Shown here: piece after piece, positions 7,564 to 14,422 of the stretch
How the letters are laid out: each line of letters begins with the position of its first letter
How positions within the stretch are numbered: position 1 is the first letter of the stretch
NCBI GenBank assembly: GCA_045862955.1
Contig: BTVI01000063.1
Location: forward strand, 1-14,422
Origin: Fimbriimonadales bacterium
GTDB taxonomy: Bacteria > Armatimonadota > Fimbriimonadia > Fimbriimonadales > JABRVX01
DNA: 14,422 nt
Reading direction: 5' to 3'
Position numbers and translations under genes: made by a program
Notes under the pieces: generated by a model
Told to the model about the DNA's origin: nothing
Database searches by the model: none
What the model saw: the letters and a program-made list of their open reading frames with translations, nothing else

Positions 7564-8493
7564 ATGAACCTGATCTTGTGCCACCGGACTATCCCTGTAC
7601 CCTGGCAAGCGGCGACGCTGGCGATTGGGCACTTCGACGGCGTGCACCTGGGCCATCGCAAGGTGATCTCGGAGGCAGTGCGCGATGCGAGGCGACACGG
7701 ACGCCCCGGAGTGGTGGTCACGTTCGACCGCAACCCGCTCGAAGTGCTTCGGCCGGACGACGCTCCCCCTTACCTGTGCACGCTTCGACAACGCCTCGAG
7801 CGATTCGAGATGCTGGGGGCCGACCACACGGTGCTGTTGGTTTTCGACCAGCAACTCGCCTCGCAGCCGTGGCTCTCGTTTGCAGAAGGCACCCTACGAG
7901 ACTGGCTGCGCTGCAAGCACCTCGTAGTGGGCCACGACTTCCGGTTCGGCCAAGGCAGACAAGGCACTCCCGAGGCCGTGAACCGGCACCGGCAGGACCT
8001 GGGCTTCGACGCCACTGCGGTACCGCCACTGGAGCACGACGGGCGGCGGGTGAGCAGCACCGAGATCCGTCTGGCTCTACGGGAAGGGCGTTTGGACCAG
8101 GCGGAGCGGGCGCTAGGGCGCCCCTACTCCCTAGTGGGGACAGTGGTGCACGGGGACAAGCGGGGCCGGACTTTCGGCTATCCGACGCTGAATCTGGCGC
8201 CGGTCGCTCGGCTGGTAGTTCCGGCGGATGGAGTGTATGCGGGGACGGTGGACGTCGGGCCGGACCGATGGAAGGCGGCAGTGTCTATCGGTGTCCGGCC
8301 GACCGTCGGCGGTGGGGATCGGACGATCGAGGCGCACCTGTTGGATTACCCCGGAGACGACCTGTACGGTCGGACGGTGACGCTCAGCTTCTTGGCTAGG
8401 CTGCGCGAGGAGCGGGTGTTTTCGAGTTTGGAAGACCTTCGAGAGCAGATGGACGAGGACGTCCGCCAGTGCCGCGCCCTGTTGGACGTGTAG
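7564..8493 (+). CDS. ribF: Bifunctional riboflavin kinase / FAD synthetase
   Basis: GHFDGVHLGH, VVGHDFRFG, VSSTEIR, GRTFGYPTLN, GVRPT, IEAHLLD and LREERVF motifs; 309 aa. Confidence 0.97.
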   Translation: MNLILCHRTIPVPWQAATLAIGHFDGVHLGHRKVISEAVRDARRHGRPGVVVTFDRNPLEVLRPDDAPPYLCTLRQRLERFEMLGADHTVLLVFDQQLASQPWLSFAEGTLRDWLRCKHLVVGHDFRFGQGRQGTPEAVNRHRQDLGFDATAVPPLEHDGRRVSSTEIRLALREGRLDQAERALGRPYSLVGTVVHGDKRGRTFGYPTLNLAPVARLVVPADGVYAGTVDVGPDRWKAAVSIGVRPTVGGGDRTIEAHLLDYPGDDLYGRTVTLSFLARLREERVFSSLEDLREQMDEDVRQCRALLDV

Positions 8494-8569
8494 GGTGGCC
8501 CGGTCCTTAGGTTCCAGCCATTCTGACGGCAGCGGCTAGTCGGCGGTCGCGGGCCGGGGCATGGGGAAA

Positions 8570-8602
8570 CGGTTCCCCCTGGAGCGCAGCGGAAGGGGGA
8601 AC
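8570..8602. repeat. Solo copy of the left terminal hairpin of the family B element
   Basis: CGGTTCCCCCTGGAGCGCAGCGGAAGGGGGAAC, identical to 8646-8678. Confidence 0.9.
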
Positions 8603-8643
8603 GCGTCTGGCACACAACTCTCTATGCTCCTCAGTGCCTGGGA

Positions 8644-8865
8644 AGCGGTTCCCCCTGGAGCGCAGCGGAAGGGGGAACCTCGAGGAGGGGGTCGGGCGAT
8701 GCCTCGACGTTTCGGCTGCAGGCTGCCCCAAGCCCTCGCCCCCCGACAACCCGAGCAGACGAACGTCGAGGCCCTGCCCCCGGAGTCAGTAACCCCCACC
8801 CCTGTCCCGATTCATCGGGACAGACCATCCCCCTTCCGGCTGTCGCCTCCAGGGGGAGGGGTTGG
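8644..8865. repeat. 222-bp nested-palindrome REPIN/MITE-like element, family B, copy 1
   Basis: Direct repeat of 9009-9230 (ungapped, about 10 mismatches). Terminal hairpins, internal stem GCCTCGACGTT/AACGTCGAGGC, and hairpin CTGTCCCGAT-tc-ATCGGGACAG. Confidence 0.9.
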
Positions 8866-9008
8866 ATGCCTGCCTAGGCGCATGGAACGGTCCCCCCTCG
8901 AGCGGACATGAAACGCTGCCCCTTGGTGTGAAGTGATGAGCAGCGTGCCAGACGAACGGTTGAATGCCGACCGAACCGCGTGAAAGGGTTCCCTGCCGAA
9001 TCGCATCG

Positions 9009-9230
9009 AGCGGTTCCCCTTGGAGCGCAGCGGAAGGGGGAACCTCGAGGAGGGGGTCGAGCGATGCCTCGACGTTTCGGCTGCAGGCTGCCCCAAGCTC
9101 TCGCCCCCTGCCAACCCGAGCAGACGAACGTCGAGGCCCTGCCCCCGAAGTCAATAACCCCCACCCCTGCCCCGATGCATCGGGACAGACCCTCCCCCTT
9201 CCGGCTGTCGCCTCCAGGGGGAGGGGTTGG
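9009..9230. repeat. 222-bp nested-palindrome REPIN/MITE-like element, family B, copy 2
   Basis: Lies 365 bp downstream of copy 1 in the same orientation; about 95% identical by manual comparison. Confidence 0.9.
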
Positions 9231-9280
9231 CAGTAGTCCACGCAGTAGCCCACGCTCGATGACCGGTGGGGACTGGCGTC

Positions 9281-9357
9281 AGCCGGGCTGGGCGATGGGG
9301 CAGACAACCAGGGCATGCGGCCGGCGAGGGCACGCCAGGACAGGCTCAGCGTGACGG
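9281..9357. repeat. Degenerate remnant of the family A element
   Basis: CACGCCAGGACAGGCTCAGCGTGACGG (9331-9357) resembles CACGCTTCGACAAGCTCAGCGTGACGG (3664-3690). The upstream GGCATGCGGC is also shared. Confidence 0.65.
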
Positions 9358-9401
9358 ATCGGGAGGCAGAGCGGGGTATCGTTCGGTGGGAGGTGCGAAC
9401 C

Positions 9402-10496
9402 ATGGCTCGTTCGTTCCTGATATGTCTGCTGCTCCTTCCTTTCGCGCTCCAGGCGCAGGACACGGGGGAGGCAGCGCACAAGAAGCTCTGCGACAAGCTG
9501 AAGGCAGCCAAGTCGCTTTCGGTCACCGTCGAGACGCGTGTCAACGACAAGGTGGCCAGTTCGTTCACGTTCAAGGCGCTTCGACCGAACTACTCGGAGA
9601 TGATCACCAAGGCCTATGAAGACCGAGTGGACGGAACGAAGCGACACATCTACTATCCCGACCGCAAGCAGTTCCAGTCCAGTGATGCGCCGAAGACCAT
9701 TCTGATGCGGTTCCCCGGGCTCGAGGCCTTCGTCGAAGACCCGAAGGACCGTAAGCTCGTCGGCGCAAGCACCGAAAGGTTCGAGGGAGCGGACCGGCAG
9801 GCACTCCGCTACGAGATGCCCGAGCGGCCCGGCTTCGAACTGACGGTGTATCTCGACACGAAGACGGGACTGCCCGTCGGCGCGAAGCAGGTGGTGCCCA
9901 CCGGCGCGGGCGACGCCTCCGAGCGGAGCGTGCTGGTCTACGTGTACAAGGACCTGAAGCTCGACGTCTCGATGAAGCCCGAGCAGTTCGCCTGGCAGCC
10001 GCCTGCGGATGCGAAGCCGTACGAGCCGCCGAACTACGAGGCGAAGTTGCTCCCGGTGGGCAGTCAGGCTCCGGAGTTCAGGCTGAAGTCTCCTACGGGG
10101 GGCGAACTGTCGCTTTCCGAGGCGATCAAGGGCAACAAGGCCACTCTGGTCAACTTCTGGTTCCACGGTTGCGGGCCGTGCCGTGCGGAGTTCCCGCACC
10201 TGCAGAAGATGTTCAAGAACATGCGCTCGCAGGGGTTCAACATCGTGGCCATCAACTACGGCGATTCGGCCGAGGTGATCAACAAGTATGTGGACGAGAA
10301 CAAGTTCGAGTTCTCCATCGTGATGAACGGCAAGGACGACGCCGACATGTCGAAGGTGTACGGTGTGCAGGCGTATCCGACGAACTACGTTCTCGACTCT
10401 TCGGGCAAGATCGTCGCGCGCTTCGTGGGGTTCAACGAGAGGGGCCTGTTGGAGGCGCTCAAGAAGCTGGGTCTAGAGCCTGCAGAGAGCCCCTAG
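9402..10496 (+). CDS. Secreted LolA/DUF2092-like domain fused to a TlpA/ResA-type thiol-disulfide oxidoreductase
   Basis: SD GGAGGT before ATG 9402; signal peptide ending LQA-Q. LolA-like N-domain (RPNY..., YLDTKTGLP, FAWQPPADAK). Redoxin domain with APEFRL, LVNFWFHGCGPCRAEFPHL and YGVQAYPTNYVLD. Confidence 0.9.
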   Translation: MARSFLICLLLLPFALQAQDTGEAAHKKLCDKLKAAKSLSVTVETRVNDKVASSFTFKALRPNYSEMITKAYEDRVDGTKRHIYYPDRKQFQSSDAPKTILMRFPGLEAFVEDPKDRKLVGASTERFEGADRQALRYEMPERPGFELTVYLDTKTGLPVGAKQVVPTGAGDASERSVLVYVYKDLKLDVSMKPEQFAWQPPADAKPYEPPNYEAKLLPVGSQAPEFRLKSPTGGELSLSEAIKGNKATLVNFWFHGCGPCRAEFPHLQKMFKNMRSQGFNIVAINYGDSAEVINKYVDENKFEFSIVMNGKDDADMSKVYGVQAYPTNYVLDSSGKIVARFVGFNERGLLEALKKLGLEPAESP

Positions 10497-10502
10497 TCGG
10501 TC

Positions 10503-10530
10503 TGCGGCCGCGGGCGCGCCCGCGGCCGCA
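10503..10530. terminator. Perfect 28-bp palindrome between convergent genes (candidate bidirectional terminator)
   Basis: TGCGGCCGCGGGCGCGCCCGCGGCCGCA equals its own reverse complement and fills most of the 36-bp gap between the stops at 10496 and 10533. Confidence 0.6.
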
Positions 10531-10532
10531 AC

Positions 10533-12029
10533 CTATCCTCCGAACAGGCGCCGCCAGATATCGCCTAGGCCCCCAGTCTGATCCTCTTTGCCAATCAGCT
10601 CCTCGTCGGTTCTCACCCACTCGGGGAGGGTGGGGCGCAGCAAGGTTTCTTCGTTCACTGGGCCCGAGGTCGGCCTGCGCAGGAGCTCTACCGACAAGGC
10701 GTCCGAGATGGCGGAAGGGTCCGGGGAGCGAAGCAGCGTTCGCATCTCGACGATGGCATCCATCACGCGCTGTGCCTCCCGCATCAGGTCGCTTCCTGGT
10801 TCCGCCTCGAGGTCTCGAAGTAGGCGGGAGGGCTCGAATCCACCCACGCTCGCCAGCTGGAGAATCGCCCGTCCCCGATCGTACGGTGAAGCGGCAGAGT
10901 TGGCCAGCACCGCCCTAGCGATCTGTGTCGCTCCTCCCTGCTCTTCCAGGGCTTGCCGCGCAGTGTCAGCCACGTCTTCGTCGGGGGAACGCACGCACTC
11001 TGCCAACAGACCGAGGCTGGCAACTTGTCCGAGCCGGGCAAGGGCCTGCACCGCACAGAGCCGCACATAAGGAACACTGTCCGACAGCAGCGAGGCGAGA
11101 GCGAGGCAGGTCTCCCGCGGCGCTCCCCACGGCACGCTTTCTGCGAAGCCGGCACGCACCGCCTCGTCGGGGTCGCGCACGGCGTCCCATACCTTGGTTG
11201 CGTACGCCGGGCGGTCATAGGAGAGCAGTGCACTGTAGGCCCCGATGCGGACGGAGGCATGCGGGCTGCGCAACGCCCACTCGACGATCTCGCTGGCTTG
11301 CAGTCCGCTCACCGCACCCGCACACTCGACCGCCAAGCGCGCGATGGTGGGGTCGGGGTTCTCGCATAGGGGTCGAAGGCTCTCGACGGGCACGTACTTC
11401 CGCGTACGGCGCAGGGCACTCAGGGCAGCCACCTGGATTTGGCGCGGGGCGCGTGATGCGATCCGAAGCAGCGCCTCGGCCGCCGCGGGGCTGTCCAAGG
11501 ACGAGAGCCGCGTGAGAGCCGAGGAGCGAAGAGGCTCCGGCAACTCGGCGTCCAGCGCACAGTCGGCGAGCACGCCGACCAGCTCAGGATCGGGTCGGTG
11601 GCTGATTACCGCGCAGTGAGCCCCCGCGACGCGCGCTCTGGGGTCCTGAGACCGGCACAGTCGAACGATTTCGGTTACGGGCAACTCGGCGGGAGGAGCG
11701 GGCAGCCCGAGGGTCTTTCGAGCCGCGGCCGCGACTTCTCCGTCCACGTCGTCACAGGCAGTCAGCAGCGGTGCCACGGTCGCTGGGTCGGGGTAGGCGC
11801 GGAGTTCTTCTGCGGCGGCTAGACGCACCTTCCAACTTACGTCTTGCAGCGCCTCGACGAGTAGTGCGGCGGCATCTGGATGCCCCGACCGAGCGACTAC
11901 ACGCACCGCCTTTTCGCGCAGCTGCCACGCGCGGGCGGTCCATCCTGTGGGACGGTGGATACCGGCGCGGTTGACGGGTTCGCTCGAAAAGGGGGAGAAT
12001 CCCTCGGCATTGGAATCACGGGGCTCCAT
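10533..12029 (-). CDS. HEAT/PBS-lyase repeat protein (start uncertain: ATG 12029 or GTG 11906)
   Basis: Repeated L-x-D...VR-x-x-A-A-x-x-L motifs (LQDVSWKVRLAAAEEL, LRSPHASVRIGAYSAL, VRDPDEAVRAG, LSDSVPYVRLCAVQALARLG). Confidence 0.85.
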   Translation of the reverse strand: MEPRDSNAEGFSPFSSEPVNRAGIHRPTGWTARAWQLREKAVRVVARSGHPDAAALLVEALQDVSWKVRLAAAEELRAYPDPATVAPLLTACDDVDGEVAAAARKTLGLPAPPAELPVTEIVRLCRSQDPRARVAGAHCAVISHRPDPELVGVLADCALDAELPEPLRSSALTRLSSLDSPAAAEALLRIASRAPRQIQVAALSALRRTRKYVPVESLRPLCENPDPTIARLAVECAGAVSGLQASEIVEWALRSPHASVRIGAYSALLSYDRPAYATKVWDAVRDPDEAVRAGFAESVPWGAPRETCLALASLLSDSVPYVRLCAVQALARLGQVASLGLLAECVRSPDEDVADTARQALEEQGGATQIARAVLANSAASPYDRGRAILQLASVGGFEPSRLLRDLEAEPGSDLMREAQRVMDAIVEMRTLLRSPDPSAISDALSVELLRRPTSGPVNEETLLRPTLPEWVRTDEELIGKEDQTGGLGDIWRRLFGG

Positions 12030-13629
12030 CGCGGTGGATTTTGGCACGACGAATACCGTCGTGGCCCGATGGAATGGCACGCACGCGGAGTGCGTGGAGC
12101 TGGACGACATCTGCATCCACGAACCGACTTGGGGCACGCCCCTCGTTCCCTCGGCGGTTTACTTCCACGACCCCGAGCGTGTGGTCATCGGCTCGCAGGC
12201 TCTGAGCGCCATCGAGATGGACCGGACGATCGTGATTGCTCCCGAGCGTGCACCCTATGCGCTGGGAGTGAAGAAGCAGCTTCTTTGGGACAGCTCGCAG
12301 GTGGTGGCCACCTGCGACTCCCAACCCATCACTGCTCGGCACACTGCGTTGCTGTTTCTGCAGGCGCTGATGCAGCAGTGCCTGAAGGCCGACGCGCTCC
12401 CATCGCGACGCGGATGCATGGGCGGGTGGCTGGCTAAGAAGGACCGGCCGCTGATCGTGCATCTCACCCTTACCACGCCGGTGGAGTGCCACGAGCCTTA
12501 CCGGGTGGAGCTTAGCCGGATGGCCTCGCGCGTCGGGGCGAGGCGGCTATCGCTGCTCGACGAGCCGGTCGCCGCCGCCCTGGGATATGGCGTGGACATC
12601 AGCGGCGAGCCGGTGCTGCTGGTGGTGGACTTCGGAGGCGGAACGCTGAACTGCGCGGTGGTGCGAGTGGGCCCAGCGACCACCGAAGAGGCGGCCAATC
12701 GTCGTTCGCAGCTCCTGGCGGCGCGAGGTGAGATTGACTTCGGCGGACGAACGGTAGACGGTTGGGTAGCCGACCACTTGCGGCCCAGGATCCCGCGCGG
12801 GGCAGAGGCGGAGGACTGGCTCCGGCGCAATGCGGAGCTGATCAAGATCACGCTCTCGCCCGAGGACGCTCCCGAGGAGCTGACGCTCAGTCCGCCCGGC
12901 ACGTCTGCTCTGACCATCGGGCGCGACGAGTTTCGTGCGTTGCTGCAGGAGAAAGGGTTGTACGAGCGGGTGGACCGAGTGCTGGCCGACCTGTTCGACG
13001 ACCTGTATCGGCGTCACGGGGTGGGCCAGGAGGCAGTGCAGGCGGTGTTGCCGGTCGGCGGGTCCACCCTGCTGCCCAAGATTCGCAGTCGCATGGTGGA
13101 ACAGTTCGGGGCGAGCCGCGTGTGGTACGACAGCCCGTTCGATGCGGTGGCGAAAGGTGGCGCTGTGTTCGGTGCCGGGGCCACGGTGGACCAGATCGTG
13201 CACCACGATTACGCGATCCGCTTGTACGACGAGAAGGAGGCGCGACCCGAGTACGAGTTGTTGGTACCGCGAGGGACGCCCTTTCCGAGCAACGGGCCGG
13301 TCGCCACCCGGTACTACGCCGTGGCCAAGGGTCAGCGCGAGTTCCGGCTGCCGATCTGCGAGGTGGGTTACTCGGGACGGCGCTCGGTGCCCTGGCGTCC
13401 TCGCGCGCAGGCCCACTATTGGAATCCGCAGTCGGAGGCCGAGCAGGAGGCTATCGTCGCCCTGAACCCGGGCGACGTGATCCGCATGCCCTCGCCGGGC
13501 AGGGGGCCAGAGGCGCGCTTACGCATCGAGTTCAGCATAGACGAGCAGCGGCATCTGGTGGCCACCATCTACGACCTGCACCGCAAGACATACCTGCGCG
13601 AGAACGAGCGCGTGGTGCAGTTGCGCTAG
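12010..13629 (+). CDS. Hsp70-family protein, atypical (actin-like ATPase domain plus short beta domain, no helical lid); not canonical DnaK
   Basis: AVDFGTTNT, EPVAAALGYG, VVDFGGGTL, FGGRTVD, AELIKITLS, VGGSTLLP and DAVAKGGA motifs. Start TTG 12010 or GTG 11947. Confidence 0.9.
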   Translation: MESRGSIAVDFGTTNTVVARWNGTHAECVELDDICIHEPTWGTPLVPSAVYFHDPERVVIGSQALSAIEMDRTIVIAPERAPYALGVKKQLLWDSSQVVATCDSQPITARHTALLFLQALMQQCLKADALPSRRGCMGGWLAKKDRPLIVHLTLTTPVECHEPYRVELSRMASRVGARRLSLLDEPVAAALGYGVDISGEPVLLVVDFGGGTLNCAVVRVGPATTEEAANRRSQLLAARGEIDFGGRTVDGWVADHLRPRIPRGAEAEDWLRRNAELIKITLSPEDAPEELTLSPPGTSALTIGRDEFRALLQEKGLYERVDRVLADLFDDLYRRHGVGQEAVQAVLPVGGSTLLPKIRSRMVEQFGASRVWYDSPFDAVAKGGAVFGAGATVDQIVHHDYAIRLYDEKEARPEYELLVPRGTPFPSNGPVATRYYAVAKGQREFRLPICEVGYSGRRSVPWRPRAQAHYWNPQSEAEQEAIVALNPGDVIRMPSPGRGPEARLRIEFSIDEQRHLVATIYDLHRKTYLRENERVVQLR

Positions 13630-13642
13630 CACACGGCGCGGG

Positions 13643-13658
13643 CCGGAGGTTGCTCCGG
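13643..13658. terminator. Short hairpin between the convergent Hsp70-like and prepilin genes
   Basis: CCGGAG-gttg-CTCCGG; no U tract. Confidence 0.3.
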
Positions 13659-13667
13659 ACAGCTGCA

Positions 13668-14348
13668 TCATCGCGGCTCCTCAGCCCATGAGAAGTCGCC
13701 GTCAACTCTAATCTTCCGGACGCTGCCATCCAAGAGCTGGAGATTGCCCACCATGCCGTGGTGGGTCAGGTAATAGTGAGCCCCGTTTATTATGGGGCCA
13801 GGAAACCAGTAGGGTTCCTCAAGATAGATTGTCCTGGACGGGCCGAGTGGTAAGGCCGAAAGACGTACCCTGAGGTTGCCATCAGGGTCTACACGATGCG
13901 GCTTGCCTATATAGAGCATGTGTGCGATAATGTAGCTCGTGTAGAGCTGCCTGCGCGCATCCTGCGAGTAAGCGTCGGAGACGGATTGTGCCAGCTGGCC
14001 GCGAAAGCGGTCCGCCGGGCACCAGAACACCTCGTTGGACTTCGTGTACTTCGCAAGCGAATCGCGCCACTCTTTCGGCTTGCCGTCGTAGTTGCGAGGC
14101 ACCCTAGAACCGTCGCGCAGGATGAACGTGCCGTAGTGGCTGTGAACCATGTAGCACGGCAGCCAGCCATGGTAGTCGTCGGCATACATCAGCACCGCTT
14201 TGCCGATCTGGCTGAGGTTGCTCGCGCAGCCGGAAAGCAGACTGCGAGAGCGGACCAGATGCGTGACGGGCAACGCCACCGCAATCAGCGCGAGCAGAAT
14301 CACGATAACCACTAAGAGCTCGATAAGCGTAATGCCTTCTCTTCGCAT
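13668..14348 (-). CDS. Prepilin-type N-terminal cleavage/methylation domain protein with H-X9-DG motif (DUF1559-like)
   Basis: G/ITLIELLVVIVIL class III signal, CASNLSQIGKAVLMYADDY, FWCPAD, and C-terminal H-GMVGNLQLL-DG (exact H-X9-DG). Confidence 0.92.
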   Translation of the reverse strand: MRREGITLIELLVVIVILLALIAVALPVTHLVRSRSLLSGCASNLSQIGKAVLMYADDYHGWLPCYMVHSHYGTFILRDGSRVPRNYDGKPKEWRDSLAKYTKSNEVFWCPADRFRGQLAQSVSDAYSQDARRQLYTSYIIAHMLYIGKPHRVDPDGNLRVRLSALPLGPSRTIYLEEPYWFPGPIINGAHYYLTHHGMVGNLQLLDGSVRKIRVDGDFSWAEEPR

Positions 14349-14422
14349 CGCGAACCGCCTTGTCTAGCGCTCGTTCGGAGCGATCCGCCAGTCACAGCAC
14401 TTCCGGGTCTCGCTGAACTCGT

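Noticed and set aside
8570..8678. Mini-CRISPR array (33-bp palindromic repeat, 43-bp spacer, repeat)
   Set aside because: Only two regularly spaced copies. The second and third are the ends of a 222-bp duplicated element, and there are no cas genes or AT-rich leader.
8507..9400. ORFs across the family B repeats (8561..8911, 8786..9574, 8980..9354 and others)
   Set aside because: Pro/Arg/Gly-rich shadow ORFs of palindromic GC-rich DNA with no transposase or other motifs.
6362..10496. Coherent redox/flavin operon (AhpD-like, ribF, TlpA)
   Set aside because: The genes differ in orientation, have separate promoter-like boxes and are separated by ~900 bp of repeats; co-location alone is insufficient.
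10503..10530. Synthetic NotI-AscI-NotI polylinker / vector contamination
   Set aside because: It is flanked directly by intact native convergent genes, with no other vector sequence.
12547..13691. Long alternative-frame ORFs (12547..13416, 12762..13691; also 2742..3656, 7434..8399, 9279..10199)
   Set aside because: They overlap well-supported genes and are typical of high-GC codon bias.
14364..14422. Possible 3' end of an upstream minus-strand gene (...EFSETRKCCDWRIAPNER*)
   Set aside because: Only 18 codons are visible, which is too short to support a call.

Overview
GC-rich bacterial chromosomal window. The combination of an H-X9-DG prepilin-like protein, a secreted WD40 protein with a C-terminal dockerin-like module, and a LolA-like/TlpA fusion suggests Armatimonadota or a PVC-like lineage (inference). 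From left to right: (1) a minus-strand operon of ECF sigma factor, zinc-finger anti-sigma and a secreted protein; (2) a divergent secreted protein made of two homologous beta domains; (3) a palindromic REP-like element within a 172-bp tandem duplication that also copies the 3' end of the next gene; (4) a secreted double beta-propeller/dockerin-like protein; (5) an AhpD/CMD protein, a membrane-anchored Amidase_2 and ribF; (6) a ~900-bp intergenic region with two 222-bp copies of a nested-hairpin REPIN/MITE-like element plus fragments; (7) a LolA-like+TlpA redoxin and a perfect 28-bp palindrome; (8) a HEAT-repeat gene head-to-head with an atypical lid-less Hsp70; (9) a prepilin-type gene. No rRNA, tRNA, transposase, reverse transcriptase or cas gene is seen. 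The most unusual signals are non-coding: two families of structured repeats, both immediately preceded by the same 17-mer. I cannot establish a complete novel system from this window alone.
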